Assembly: GCA_947053455.1 (NCBI GenBank)
Contig: CAMRSV010000001.1
Coordinates: forward strand, 113,010 to 177,009
Direction: 5' to 3'
Source of the DNA: an uncultured Alphaproteobacteria bacterium
Lineage (GTDB): Bacteria > Pseudomonadota > Alphaproteobacteria > Rs-D84
DNA length: 64,000 nt
The translations under genes and the position numbers were made by a program. Below are positions 1 to 10,592 of this stretch, one piece after another. Each line of letters starts with the position of its first letter. Position 1 is the stretch's first letter. The notes under the pieces are model-generated. The model ran no database searches. It was not told the origin of the DNA and was given only the letters and a program-made list of their open reading frames with translations.

Positions 1-1
1 G

Positions 2-349
2 ACCGACGGCGAAAAATTTTTCCCACTGTCCGTTGATGGAACTATTGTTAACACCCCCGGACAAACACGCGACAACGACGGCATTTTATTCCGTGGCGAC
101 CTGCCCGAAGATGTTTCGCAGATAACAAACGCGGTACAACGCATTGCCGGCGACATAGATTATATGGAATGGATTGAAAACCGACGCTGGAATCTGGTGA
201 CACAGGGCGGTATAACGGTTATGCTGCCGGAAAAGAATGCGGCAGACGCGATTGGCGCATTGATTGTTATGAATACAAACCATGGCATTTTGAACAAACA
301 AATTAGCGTCATTGACATGCGCGACAGTGCACGCATACTAGTAAAATAA
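2..349 (+). CDS. ftsQ: Cell division protein FtsQ, C-terminal part (5' truncated by window edge)
   Basis: Frame 2 is open from the window start to TAA at 347-349. The C-terminal translation ...RWNLVTQGGITVMLPEKNAADAIGALIVMNTNHGILNKQISVIDMRDSARILVK matches the FtsQ beta-domain pattern (RW.L.L.NG..V.LG ... IDLRY). It lies immediately upstream of ftsA, as in the dcw cluster. Confidence 0.6.
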   Translation, partial: TDGEKFFPLSVDGTIVNTPGQTRDNDGILFRGDLPEDVSQITNAVQRIAGDIDYMEWIENRRWNLVTQGGITVMLPEKNAADAIGALIVMNTNHGILNKQISVIDMRDSARILVK

Positions 350-356
350 AAACGAA

Positions 357-2138
357 ATGAACCTGTTTGATTCATCTTTTCTGTGTCTTGACATCGGGAC
401 AAGCGGCGTTCGCGGCATTGCACACCGAATAAAATCGGGTCAGATTGACAAGTCCGCGGTATTTTCAATACAAAGCCCGGACATCGCATTCGCATTGATG
501 TCAGTGGTTGACGAATTGGAACGCCAAATCGGGGTTCATTTTGATTCTGCCTTTGTTACCGGAAATTTTGGAAATGCCGCATTTGACATATCGTTAAAAA
601 GCATACGCTGGTCTGGGGAACATAAAATAACACCCGCCGACATTAAAATGCAGGCTTCACAAATAACACCACCGGACGGTTTTTTCCCCATGCACATAAT
701 ACCGCTGCGATATGATACGCCCGGGGCACGAAACATGGACAGTCCAATTGGCCACACGGATAGACAACTGATGTCTATATTTTCATCAATATCATATGCA
801 CACGCCAGACTGGACAAAATCCAGGCGGCATTGCGCCGCGCGCATATCCAGGCCAACGGATTCTATGACCCGCAATTTTTAATGAACGCCACCATACGTC
901 AAAAAAAGCAGGTTGCAATGTTCATTGATTTTGGCAATGAATTCGTATCTGCATCCATCTGGACGGATCGCGGACCTGTGTGGCTTGAAAAATTTCCAAA
1001 TGGCGGCGGTGAAATCACAACCGCAATTTCAGAAAAAATGCAAATAGACCCGACAGAGGCCACACGCATCAAACACGCCAGCATCAGCATGATACCACGC
1101 GAAATGGATAGGTTCACACCGGCCGATACCGCGTATGAATTTTCACGCGCTGACATTTGCGAAATTGCGGTTCCGCATATCATGAACACAATCGCCGCCA
1201 TACTTGAGGCGGCCAGCAGCGTTCTGGAAAAATACAAACCGTCCCTAATAACAATATGCGGTGGCGGCGCAGAAATCGACGGTATTTCAGACGTAATTGA
1301 AAGCGCCTTTGGAATAAAAGTTGACGTCGCACCGCCGGATGCGGTTGTACGTGCATTGTCAAATTACATATGGAATTGCGAAGAGGCACACCGCCAAGCC
1401 TATTCGGCCAGGCGCGAAAAATTAGCGCGTTATAAAGAAAAAATAACAAAATTATTTCACCGCCGCCGTATCAAAAAACGCACACGTTTCATCCCGATTT
1501 TGCCAAGCACACTGTGCTTTAACATGAAAAGTCCGGTAACATATTCACTGTTTCAGTCGGGCGGAATATCTATGATTCATGTCGATATAATGGATGGCCT
1601 TTATGTTGACCGCATTGCGGGCGGAATTGATGAACTAAAATATATTCGGGCACACACACGTGCACATCTTCATGTCCATTTAATGACCGAAAGCCCGGGT
1701 GTCTGGGCGGCGGACGCGGCGGCGGCGGGCGCGAACACAATAATATTATCGACAAACACATCGGGATTGCGCGCCGCGCTGCGCGCAGTGCGTGCGGGCG
1801 GCCGACGGGCGGGCGTCGCACTTAACCCCGATTCACCTGTTTCATTATTAAAACCGATTTTACGTGATGTGGATGAAATAATGGTGATGACTGTCGCCCC
1901 TGGTGCGGCAGGTCAGGCGTTTCATCCCGAATGCCTACATAAAATATCTGTACTGGCGGCGACACGCAAAAAATATGGATTAAAATTTACAATATCCGTG
2001 GACGGCGGAATAAACGACAAAACGGCGCCCCTATGCTGGGAGGCTGGTGCCGACCTGCTGGTTAGCGGTTCATACCTGGCACGCAGTTCTGATTTTCCAC
2101 TTGCGGTCCAAAGCCTGCTAAAGAAAAGCGGTGATTAA
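357..2138 (+). CDS. FtsA-like actin-fold ATPase (about aa 1-365) fused in-frame to ribulose-phosphate 3-epimerase (about aa 375-593)
   Basis: N-terminal LCLDIGTSGVRG and ITICGGGAEIDGI motifs are typical of FtsA/PilM actin-like ATPases. The C-terminus has the Rpe hallmarks IHVDIMDG, HLHVHLMTESP, MVMTVAPGAAGQAF and ISVDGGIN. It is a single ORF with no stop between the domains. An in-frame ATG at 1524 could also give a stand-alone Rpe of about 204 aa. Confidence 0.6.
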   Translation: MNLFDSSFLCLDIGTSGVRGIAHRIKSGQIDKSAVFSIQSPDIAFALMSVVDELERQIGVHFDSAFVTGNFGNAAFDISLKSIRWSGEHKITPADIKMQASQITPPDGFFPMHIIPLRYDTPGARNMDSPIGHTDRQLMSIFSSISYAHARLDKIQAALRRAHIQANGFYDPQFLMNATIRQKKQVAMFIDFGNEFVSASIWTDRGPVWLEKFPNGGGEITTAISEKMQIDPTEATRIKHASISMIPREMDRFTPADTAYEFSRADICEIAVPHIMNTIAAILEAASSVLEKYKPSLITICGGGAEIDGISDVIESAFGIKVDVAPPDAVVRALSNYIWNCEEAHRQAYSARREKLARYKEKITKLFHRRRIKKRTRFIPILPSTLCFNMKSPVTYSLFQSGGISMIHVDIMDGLYVDRIAGGIDELKYIRAHTRAHLHVHLMTESPGVWAADAAAAGANTIILSTNTSGLRAALRAVRAGGRRAGVALNPDSPVSLLKPILRDVDEIMVMTVAPGAAGQAFHPECLHKISVLAATRKKYGLKFTISVDGGINDKTAPLCWEAGADLLVSGSYLARSSDFPLAVQSLLKKSGD

Positions 2139-2165
2139 AAATCCCGGGTAAACCCGGGATTTTCG
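2136..2165 (+). terminator. Rho-independent terminator after the ftsA-rpe ORF
   Basis: Hairpin ATCCCGGG-taaa-CCCGGGAT followed by TTTCG. Confidence 0.6.
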
Positions 2166-2439
2166 AACAATGCTCTTTTCTGAACTCATCTGAATTCAAA
2201 TGAATCCATAGGGATGTGGGTTCGGGACTATAAAAGCCCTCGATTAGGCAGTGCTCGCATGCGTTATTTATCCGCACGGTTGCATTCGCAACAAAAGCAC
2301 TATGACCCATATTTAATGAAAATATAACAAGTACCTTTTCCCAGGAAACATTGCAACGCTTGTATTTTTTTATTCGTTCTGATAGCATAACAATGAAACC
2401 AAATGGGATATGGTTTTAGGACCGTTAGAAAGTCCTTGA

Positions 2440-2638
2440 TTCGACGGCGCATTGCGCGCTGGTTTTTGCGTCGGTGTTTTTTAACGCCGATGGTTCCTGA
2501 CATTTATCCTGGTCAGGAAGCTGCTGTCATACAACAGGGATTACCCGAAAGCAGCAGGGTCATTTCGAATCATGATTTTCTAAACTTCCTGACCGCCGAT
2601 TCCCATGGCGGTTTCTTCGTTAAACCAAGGAAGATATC
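2440..2638 (+). promoter_or_regulatory. Structured 5' leader (attenuator-like) upstream of the Cys-rich secreted protein gene
   Basis: Three elements: TTCCTGAC (2494-2501), GGTCAGGAAG (2511-2520) and CTTCCTGACC (2585-2594). The middle element can pair with either outer one. The third overlaps the left arm of the hairpin CCGCC-gattcccat-GGCGG + TTTCTTCG (2593-2619), 20 nt before the ATG. Confidence 0.5.
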
Positions 2639-3076
2639 ATGAAAAAAACTGTTACATTTTCGTTATTGTTACTAGGCACCATTTCAACAAACGCATTTGC
2701 TATCGTACGGCCCGATTGCAATGATAATACAACATGTTTTGATATAACAAATGGTCAAAGATGTACTACAGTATGCCCGACCTGTGACCAAGTAACACTT
2801 GGATGCCCATGCTGCATCGAATACGATACCACCGTATCCTGTACCTGCAATTCCGGGTATCATTCGGCGACAAATGCCACATATGGATGCGAATGCAAAA
2901 AAAATTGCGCCGCCGGATATTATGGTGATGGCACAACGTGCACAAAATGTCCAACACCCGGCACAACAACCGGATATGCACAAACCATCACAGATTGCTA
3001 TGTACCACAAAACACATCGGTAACAGATTCAAGCGGCACATATAACTATTCTAGCAATTGTAAGTACAATCTATGA
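2639..3076 (+). CDS. Small secreted Cys-rich protein, paralog family member 1
   Basis: Signal peptide MKKTVTFSLLLLGTISTNAFA and about 20 Cys. Shares C.AGYY..G..C..CP and C-terminal Y.Y[ST].NC.Y motifs with 58647-58913. Confidence 0.7.
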   Translation: MKKTVTFSLLLLGTISTNAFAIVRPDCNDNTTCFDITNGQRCTTVCPTCDQVTLGCPCCIEYDTTVSCTCNSGYHSATNATYGCECKKNCAAGYYGDGTTCTKCPTPGTTTGYAQTITDCYVPQNTSVTDSSGTYNYSSNCKYNL

Positions 3077-3475
3077 CACGATAATTTTTCGACCGTCATT
3101 ATGTGCCGTAATATAAATATGGGTTGTATCGGCCGGTAACATATCCGCCGCAATTTCCGGCCATTCTATCAATGTTATATCATTACGCATCGCGTGGTTA
3201 AGTCCGATTTCAATCAATTCCGACGGGTCTTCGACCCGGTACAGGTCAAAGTGCGATATCCCATCATACGATTGCACGATTGTAAATGTCGGGCTGGGGA
3301 CGACTGTATCAGCCCCGCGCAGCGTTTGAATTATTGTGCGTGCGATTTCGGATTTGCCCATTCCCAAATCACCGTGCAGCGCAACCACCACCGGCGCGGT
3401 CAATCGCCCGGCAAAATCCGCCGCAAACTTACGCGTTTGTTCCAGATTTTCGGTTATTATTTCCATATGCATCAT
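3071..3475 (-). CDS. tsaE: tRNA threonylcarbamoyladenosine biosynthesis protein TsaE (YjeE-family P-loop ATPase)
   Basis: P-loop LHGDLGMGKSEIARTI. Size about 134 aa. Confidence 0.7.
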   Translation of the reverse strand: MMHMEIITENLEQTRKFAADFAGRLTAPVVVALHGDLGMGKSEIARTIIQTLRGADTVVPSPTFTIVQSYDGISHFDLYRVEDPSELIEIGLNHAMRNDITLIEWPEIAADMLPADTTHIYITAHNDGRKIIVS

Positions 3476-3483
3476 ATCGCCTT

Positions 3484-5475
3484 TTATTCTAATAACAGTA
3501 AATCATCCTCTAATTTATGTATCGCGTCACGCAGTTCGGCGGCCGTTTCAAATTCCAAATCCTCGGCCGCACGGCGCATCTTCTTTTGCAGGTCTTTGAT
3601 TTCCTTTCTGATGGAAACCGCATCCATGACACCACCTGATTTGTCGTAAACAAAGCGACGCTTTTTATCAGCCTTTTCTTCCTTGTCGCCAACCTCGGCA
3701 AAGACCGCCTTGGCCACAGTTTTAGGCGTAATGCCGTGCGCCGCGTTGTACGCCATTTGTTTTTCACGACGACGCGCCGTTTCACCCAGCGCAGCGCGCA
3801 TAGAATCAGTTATGCGGTCGGCATACAGTATCACGCGACCATTCGCGTTTCGTGCCGCGCGCCCAATTGTCTGGATAAGCGAACGCGTCGAACGCAGGAA
3901 TCCCTCCTTGTCGGCGTCCATAATCGCAACCAGTTCGCATTCTGGAACATCCAACCCCTCGCGCAGCAAATTAATCCCGACCAAAACGTCAAATTTACCC
4001 AACCTTAAATCACGCAACAATTCTATACGTTCCAGTGTTTCTATATCGCTGTGCAGGTATCTGGCACGCACCCCGTTTTCATTGAAATAATCAGTCAGTT
4101 GCTCGGCCATTTTTTTGGTCAGCGTTGTAACCAGTACGCGCCCTTTTATCCCCTTTACCTCTGCCAGCAGGTCATCAACCTGATGTTCGGTGGGTCTAAC
4201 CTCGCACACAGGGTCGAGCAGACCCGTCGGTCGTATAACCTGTTCAGACACAATCCCGCCCGACTGTTCCAATTCCCACGCGGCGGGCGTTGCCGACACA
4301 AATACGGTTTGTGGACGCAATGCGTCCCATTCCTCAAACGTCAATGGGCGGTTATCAATACACGCCGGCAATCGGAATCCGTATTGTGATAAAGTTTCCT
4401 TGCGCGCGCGGTCACCACGGCTCATTGCGCCGATTTGCGGAACGGTTACATGGCTTTCATCAATAAACAATACGGCGTCACGCGGCAAATATTCAAACAA
4501 TGTCGGTGGCGGCTGTCCCGGGGCGCGACCCGACAAATAACGCGAATAATTTTCAATACCGCGACATGTCCCCGTGGATTCCATCATTTCAATGTCAAAA
4601 TTAACACGTTCGCGCAGACGCTGCTCTTCTATATACTTCATGTTTTCGTGAAAGTATTTTAACCGTTCGTCCAAGTCATCACGGATTTGGCTGATTGCCT
4701 GCAAAATACTGGGCATCGGGGTTGCATAGTGCGTGTTCGGATATATCGCAATTCGATCAAGTTTATGTAGCTTTGCCCCGGTCAGTGTGTCAAATTCCCA
4801 TATATCCTCTATCTCGTCACCAAAGAACGATATTTTCCATGCCCTGTCCAGGGAATGCGACGGGAACACATCCAGCGTATCGCCACGCACACGAAAATCA
4901 CCGCGCTCAAAAGCTGTGTCATTTCGCTTGTACTGAATATCAACCAATGCCCGCATCACATCTTTTTGGCCGATTTTATCCCCAGAATTTAGAACCAATT
5001 TCATGCCCGAATACTGTTCCGGCGAACCCATACCGTAAATTGATGACACAGATGATACGACAACGACATCCTTTTCCTCTAGCATGGCGCGCGTGGCACT
5101 GTGACGCATACGATCCAACTGTTCGTTTATGGACGCATCCTTGTCGATATACGTATCGGTTGTCGGCATGTACGCCTCGGGCTGATAATAATCATAATAT
5201 GATACGAAATATTCGACATGATTGTTTGGAAAGAAATATTTCATTTCCGTATACAACTGCGCCGCCAAAATTTTGTTCGGCGCCATAATCAACGCGGGGC
5301 GCCCCAATTCGGCGATAACGTTCGCCATGGTGAACGTCTTGCCGGATCCGGTCACGCCCAACAACACCTGCGAACGGCGCCCTTCGTTTATCCCAGACAC
5401 CAATTCGGATATAGCCGTGGGCTGATCACCCATGGGTTTGTAATCACTCTGAAGATCAAAGATTTTTTTATTCAC
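3484..5475 (-). CDS. uvrB: Excinuclease ABC subunit B
   Basis: 663 aa. Motifs [10 protein letters not shown], helicase motifs and the C-terminal UvrB/UvrC interaction helix ([19 protein letters not shown]). Confidence 0.9.
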   Translation of the reverse strand: MNKKIFDLQSDYKPMGDQPTAISELVSGINEGRRSQVLLGVTGSGKTFTMANVIAELGRPALIMAPNKILAAQLYTEMKYFFPNNHVEYFVSYYDYYQPEAYMPTTDTYIDKDASINEQLDRMRHSATRAMLEEKDVVVVSSVSSIYGMGSPEQYSGMKLVLNSGDKIGQKDVMRALVDIQYKRNDTAFERGDFRVRGDTLDVFPSHSLDRAWKISFFGDEIEDIWEFDTLTGAKLHKLDRIAIYPNTHYATPMPSILQAISQIRDDLDERLKYFHENMKYIEEQRLRERVNFDIEMMESTGTCRGIENYSRYLSGRAPGQPPPTLFEYLPRDAVLFIDESHVTVPQIGAMSRGDRARKETLSQYGFRLPACIDNRPLTFEEWDALRPQTVFVSATPAAWELEQSGGIVSEQVIRPTGLLDPVCEVRPTEHQVDDLLAEVKGIKGRVLVTTLTKKMAEQLTDYFNENGVRARYLHSDIETLERIELLRDLRLGKFDVLVGINLLREGLDVPECELVAIMDADKEGFLRSTRSLIQTIGRAARNANGRVILYADRITDSMRAALGETARRREKQMAYNAAHGITPKTVAKAVFAEVGDKEEKADKKRRFVYDKSGGVMDAVSIRKEIKDLQKKMRRAAEDLEFETAAELRDAIHKLEDDLLLLE

Positions 5476-5522
5476 AAGGTTTAGTATAATTCATTATAAT
5501 CAAAATACAAGAGGGAGAATAC

Positions 5523-7997
5523 ATGGCATTAAAACCTAGGTATAAGCGCAGAATATTGTGGACGGTTATTTCGGCAATCGGATTGCTGGCCGTGGCGATT
5601 GTGCTGGTGCCTCCCCTTATCACATTAAATTATATGAAACCCAAAATAGAGGCCGCCATCACGGCGCAAACAGGCGTTACGGCAAAAATCAATGGGAACG
5701 TGCATTTTAGTCTGCTGGGGCATGCGACAATCGTTGCACACGATGTTGTGATTCCAATGGGCACAATAAACTCTGCCGTGTTTAGGGTGCCGCTTTCATC
5801 CATACTTGATGCGGGTAACACATCGCTTACGGGTAATATCGTTGTATACGGCGCAAACCTGCACATTGAACGATTGGAACCACAATCATTTAATTATAAT
5901 ATTGAAATAAAAAACTCGCAGATAATGTTTATGGGCAAACCGTATTATATATTAAACGGAACTGTCTTTGATGGAAAGTTCACAGGACTTGTCCGCACAG
6001 ACGACCATAAATATGAAATCGAATTTCAAGGTGACGCATTCCACGTGCGCAACCGCGACAATGCATTGAATCTGACGGGGTATCTGTTTTCAGACGGTGC
6101 GGCACGCGGTAAAATCGCGCTGGCGACCGATGACATAAACCGCTGGTTTGAATTTGATACGCCGCGAATTGACCGCCCGATACAAATGACGGCAAACTTT
6201 GAATGGGACGGTGCAAACGGCGTTAAATTCCAAGACATACATGCAAATTCCTTTACTGGGAACATTGACTTGAACGGCGACGGTTCACGCCGCGTTCAGT
6301 TGGCGTCAAAAAACATGGACTTTGATTTTTCATTCCTGTTAAAACCCAATGACGTTTTATACCGCACCGCGTTTGATTTGGATTTTTATGGCAATATGAA
6401 ATTAGGGTCGAAAAAAATACACCATCTAAAAGTATTAGCAAACGGTGCCCGCGACAAAATACAAATCCGGGAAATCGTTGCGGACGACACGACCATATCT
6501 GGTGGGTACATTGATGCAAACGGTGCCCATAATATTATGATACGCACCCCGTTTGATGGTGTCACGGTCACATGCCTGTTTTCAGGGACGCCGGATAAAT
6601 GGCAATGCGGCGAATTTTCTTATAACCACATAACAGGCCAAATATCTGTTGACGGCGACAAATTTAACATATATGTACAGAGCCCAAAAAACATACCCGG
6701 CGACGATGAAATACGCCGGATGGCACTGCGTTTTGGAAAACATGGGACGGTTGAATTTAAATTTAACGACGCCGCCGGCCGCATGGAAATAAGCGAAAAG
6801 GAAATGTCACGCGAATACACCTTTGCCAGAAATAGGAGCCTTGAATGGTTTGGTGGTGACATAAAATTTATGCCGGAATTTATGCGGCGCGCCACTGGTG
6901 ATTTCACATGGTCTGGCGACAAAATGCATTTCAAGCCGAAATCAGAACAATGGATTCTCACCGTGCAGGGGGGCAAATTTACAATTCGCGGAAAAAACGC
7001 CAAGCAGTGGTTACCAGGTATTGATTTACAGGCACTTAATGATTTGCCATATGAAATATCCGGCACATATGCAGGCGACGCGATTGACAATTTAAACATA
7101 ATAATCGCCGGCCAAGAATTTTCTGGCACCGCAACGGCTGGCGCAATAACATTGAAAACAAACCTGCTGGATATGGATGCATTCACGAACCAATCATTTG
7201 TCGATAACTTTGAAGAACTAGAATTCACGACTATGCATCCGCTGATGATACCGTTTGATGTCGGTACAAATATTTCGATTTCGGCGGCGCACGTTATATA
7301 CAACGGTAATGAATATAGCAACTTTGTATATTCAATGCGCGGAAATACCCAGACATTCTCTATCACAGACGACGCACGGGGCGGAATTTTGATGACTGTG
7401 CGCCGCGACAAAAACAAATACGACATTTCCGCGGCATTGTCGCGTTTCAAGATTGCCGGATTTTTACTAAACAATGTGATGCCACTAAATGTTAGCGACA
7501 CACTGATTACGGGCGAAATTGAAATAACCACGTTCGGCAAAGTCGCGCACGACATACTTTACAATATGGCAGGTGAAATTGACACAACATTTGACGGCGG
7601 AATGATAACGGGTATTGGGGTTGACGGTTTTTATCAGTCTGCCGAAAATATAACAAAACTAAACGCTGAATATGCATTGAGCGCTGCATTGACAAGTGGC
7701 GAAACCGCGTTAAAGAGCATGCGCGTCATCGGTCACTATGAAAACGGCAACTTTGAAACAACGCGCCCACTGGAAATATCAATGCGTCATTCGACAGCCA
7801 CGGGGCAAATGCAAATTATAGATGGCCGCATGTCAGCAAATCTGAAAATCGTAATGCGTGGCGTCGCGCCGGCACCATCTCCAATCGAACTGCAAATAAA
7901 TCCAAATGGGACGCGTAATTATTCGCTGTCCCAGATAATGATGGATTTGGACACGGGATATATGCGTGAATTTGTGAAAACACATGCAAAGTTCTAG
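5523..7997 (+). CDS. AsmA-family outer-membrane biogenesis protein
   Basis: N-terminal membrane anchor followed by the AsmA-like start (MKPKIEAAITAQTGVTAKINGNVHFSLLGHATIVAHDVVI). Large beta-rich periplasmic body, 824 aa. Confidence 0.55.
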   Translation: MALKPRYKRRILWTVISAIGLLAVAIVLVPPLITLNYMKPKIEAAITAQTGVTAKINGNVHFSLLGHATIVAHDVVIPMGTINSAVFRVPLSSILDAGNTSLTGNIVVYGANLHIERLEPQSFNYNIEIKNSQIMFMGKPYYILNGTVFDGKFTGLVRTDDHKYEIEFQGDAFHVRNRDNALNLTGYLFSDGAARGKIALATDDINRWFEFDTPRIDRPIQMTANFEWDGANGVKFQDIHANSFTGNIDLNGDGSRRVQLASKNMDFDFSFLLKPNDVLYRTAFDLDFYGNMKLGSKKIHHLKVLANGARDKIQIREIVADDTTISGGYIDANGAHNIMIRTPFDGVTVTCLFSGTPDKWQCGEFSYNHITGQISVDGDKFNIYVQSPKNIPGDDEIRRMALRFGKHGTVEFKFNDAAGRMEISEKEMSREYTFARNRSLEWFGGDIKFMPEFMRRATGDFTWSGDKMHFKPKSEQWILTVQGGKFTIRGKNAKQWLPGIDLQALNDLPYEISGTYAGDAIDNLNIIIAGQEFSGTATAGAITLKTNLLDMDAFTNQSFVDNFEELEFTTMHPLMIPFDVGTNISISAAHVIYNGNEYSNFVYSMRGNTQTFSITDDARGGILMTVRRDKNKYDISAALSRFKIAGFLLNNVMPLNVSDTLITGEIEITTFGKVAHDILYNMAGEIDTTFDGGMITGIGVDGFYQSAENITKLNAEYALSAALTSGETALKSMRVIGHYENGNFETTRPLEISMRHSTATGQMQIIDGRMSANLKIVMRGVAPAPSPIELQINPNGTRNYSLSQIMMDLDTGYMREFVKTHAKF

Positions 7998-8368
7998 CGT
8001 GATTCATCCTTGATTGCACGTCGGAATGCATCGCGCGATATAGCGCGTCCGCTGGCATCGGCATAATACTTGTTTCGTCCGACAGTAATGCAATGAAATC
8101 CGCCCGCACAGAATTTTAATCCGCGCACCGCGCGCAGCATGGTTTTATCAGGCCCAATAAGGTCGGCCGTCTTTCCAAACAGCAGACGTGAAATTCCGCG
8201 TATAAAGCCGTTCGCTGCATGCGGCGCGTAAAGGACGCCACCACGCTTTACCAAACCATTAACATCATATTTGCCCGCACCCGATGTGATTGTCTGTGTC
8301 TGATACGGCGTCAGATTCATTGTATAGCAAATTTTGTTTATATCAGTTGTCATGCGAAATCCCCCCAT
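7994..8368 (-). CDS. Hypothetical protein (about 120-125 aa from an internal Met; the long ORF is 154 aa)
   Basis: ORF with plausible starts at 8368 (MGGFR) or 8353 (MTTDIN). No family recognised by eye. Confidence 0.3.
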   Translation of the reverse strand: MGGFRMTTDINKICYTMNLTPYQTQTITSGAGKYDVNGLVKRGGVLYAPHAANGFIRGISRLLFGKTADLIGPDKTMLRAVRGLKFCAGGFHCITVGRNKYYADASGRAISRDAFRRAIKDESR

Positions 8369-8474
8369 ACGCTTTTTATAAAAATTATATATGGAAAAAA
8401 TTCTGCTGTAATAGGTATGATTTCCGAATAAAAACGGGGCCGCAAATTGCGGCCCCATGTAACGCGCGCGGGCA

Positions 8475-10229
8475 TTAATTTTTCTTGCGAACAGTGATGT
8501 GCACCTCGCGCAGTTGGGTTTCGGTCACCTCTCGTGGCGCCCCCAGCATCAAATCCTGGCCGCGCTGGTTCGTTGGGAACAGCACAACTTCGCGCAAATT
8601 TGGTTCGGCACGCATGATTTGAACCAAACGGTCGATTCCGAACGCGCATCCACCGTGGGGCGGTGCACCGTACTGGAATGCCGCATACATTCCGCCGAAT
8701 TTTTCACGAACAACCTCTTCGCCGTAACCCGCAATTGCAAAGGCCTTTACCATTGTTTCCGGGTTATAGTTGCGCAGACCCCCACTGCAGATTTCCGCAC
8801 CATTTAACACCATATCAAACTGGTTCGCTTTTATCTTTAATGGGTCGCCATCTAATTCACCCTTGGGCAGTGAAAACGGATTATGTCCGAAATCAATTGC
8901 GCCCGTTTCTTCGTTTAGCTCGTACATTGGGAAATCTTCTATCCAGCAAAGACGGAATTCGGTCGGGTCAATCAGATTCAAATCTTCACCCAGCTTGATA
9001 CGCAGTTTACCCGCAGCCTTGGCCGCGGCATCGGGCGCATCACAAACAAAGAATAAAGATGAATTGTCACCAGATATTTCACGCAGCTTTGCAATACGCG
9101 CCTCGTCCAGTTTTTTGGCGACCGGTCCCTTGGCCTCGTCCGCAAAGACAATGTAGCCAAGTCCACCCAGCCCCAATTCTTTTACCGCATAATCGCCCAG
9201 TTTATCAAACCATGAACGCGGCCGGTCGGCGGAATTGGGCGCCGGTATGGCACGCACAACAGAGCCATTTTCAATTGCGGACGCAAAGATTCCAAAATCC
9301 GACCCGCGGAAAACATCTGTCACATCATGAATGATAATAGGGTTACGCAAATCTGGCTTGTCGCACCCATATTTCAGCATGGCTTCTTCAAATGGTATAT
9401 GCGGGATTTCCGGATGTATTTTTGCATTCGGTACAAATTCGCGAATCATCGCCGGCATCAGTTCGTCGCCAACCGCCTGAATGTCACGCAAATCGACAAA
9501 CGACATTTCCAAATCCAACTGATAAAATTCCAGCAACCGGTCGGCGCGCAAATCTTCGTCACGAAAGCATGGTGCAATCTGGAAATAGCGGTCAAATCCA
9601 GAAATCTGAACCAATTGCTTGAACTGCTGCGGTGCCTGGGGCAATGCATAGAACATGCCATGATGATTGCGGCTGGGGACGATAAAGTCACGCGCACCCT
9701 CCGGGCTAGAGACAGTCAAAATCGGGGTTTGGAATTCGGAAAAGCCCATATCCCACATTTTATCGCGCATGAATTTTATCACGCGGTTGCGGAACAGAAT
9801 GTTGTTGTGAAGACTTTCACGACGCAAATCGATATAACGGTATTTCAAGCGCAAATCTTCGGAAACATTGCCGTCATCACCGAACACCTGGAACGGCAGA
9901 ACATCCGAATTAGTCAATACAGACCAGGATGTGACCTGAACCTCAATCGCGCCGGTGGGTAATTTGTCGTTCACGGCGGACGCGTCGCGGGCAACCACGG
10001 TGCCTGTAACCATTATAACGGATTCGGGGCGGACTTTTTCCAAGGCTTCATTTCCGCCGTCAAATACAATTTGCGTCATGCCATAGTTGTCGCGCAGGTC
10101 AATAAATAACAACGAGCCATGGTCACGCTTTCTATGTACCCAGCCCGACAGTGTAACGGTTTCGCCGACGTTTTTTGCGTTTAATTCACCGCATGTGTGC
10201 GTTCTGTATTTTGATTTAAGTGTTAACAT
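8475..10229 (-). CDS. aspS: Aspartate--tRNA ligase
   Basis: 584 aa. N-terminal OB-fold and class II aaRS motifs (FRDEDLRADR, GGCAFGIDRL). Confidence 0.9.
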   Translation of the reverse strand: MLTLKSKYRTHTCGELNAKNVGETVTLSGWVHRKRDHGSLLFIDLRDNYGMTQIVFDGGNEALEKVRPESVIMVTGTVVARDASAVNDKLPTGAIEVQVTSWSVLTNSDVLPFQVFGDDGNVSEDLRLKYRYIDLRRESLHNNILFRNRVIKFMRDKMWDMGFSEFQTPILTVSSPEGARDFIVPSRNHHGMFYALPQAPQQFKQLVQISGFDRYFQIAPCFRDEDLRADRLLEFYQLDLEMSFVDLRDIQAVGDELMPAMIREFVPNAKIHPEIPHIPFEEAMLKYGCDKPDLRNPIIIHDVTDVFRGSDFGIFASAIENGSVVRAIPAPNSADRPRSWFDKLGDYAVKELGLGGLGYIVFADEAKGPVAKKLDEARIAKLREISGDNSSLFFVCDAPDAAAKAAGKLRIKLGEDLNLIDPTEFRLCWIEDFPMYELNEETGAIDFGHNPFSLPKGELDGDPLKIKANQFDMVLNGAEICSGGLRNYNPETMVKAFAIAGYGEEVVREKFGGMYAAFQYGAPPHGGCAFGIDRLVQIMRAEPNLREVVLFPTNQRGQDLMLGAPREVTETQLREVHITVRKKN

Positions 10230-10471
10230 TTCGGTCCCTTTTTTTATTGCCGGGACGCATCAAATTGCGGCACCGGTATTGTTTATGCACGGGGGCGCAA
10301 AATTTTATTCGCGCGGTGCCACCCCGAATTTATAACTTTTGGTTATGGGTTTTGAACATTCCGCGGTTGTCAGTCGCATCACCACATTCGCGCCCGAAAA
10401 ATCTGTATCGGATTTTAACGCCCGTCCACCCAAAATGCAAGAAATTATTATTTTGTACCACGCACATCAGA

Positions 10472-10506
10472 TTTACCAGATTGCCACGCTACGATCGCAA
10501 TGACAA
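10472..10506. repeat. 35-bp direct repeat copy 1 (TTTACCAGATTGCCACGCTACGATCGCAATGACAA)
   Basis: Exact second copy at 11287-11321. Confidence 0.8.
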
Positions 10507-10592
10507 GTTCGTTATTAAGTTCTTAATCTCTTTACTTTATCATTGCGAGCAAGTGCATCTGCACACAGCGAAGCAATCCAACATATAATAAA

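Noticed and set aside
164-349. 61-aa ORF listed as a separate gene
   Set aside because: The frame is open back to the window start and the translation is the FtsQ C-terminus. It is the tail of the 5'-truncated ftsQ, not an independent gene.
2403-2642. 79-aa ORF overlapping the structured leader upstream of the Cys-rich gene
   Set aside because: Arg-rich with no SD, and it entirely overlaps the alternative-pairing hairpins and terminator. More plausibly non-coding leader RNA.
9327-9962. 211-aa plus-strand ORF inside aspS, and similar antisense ORFs inside infB, nusA, virB4, topA and the pil ATPase
   Set aside because: Shadow ORFs antisense to well-supported conserved genes. No independent support.
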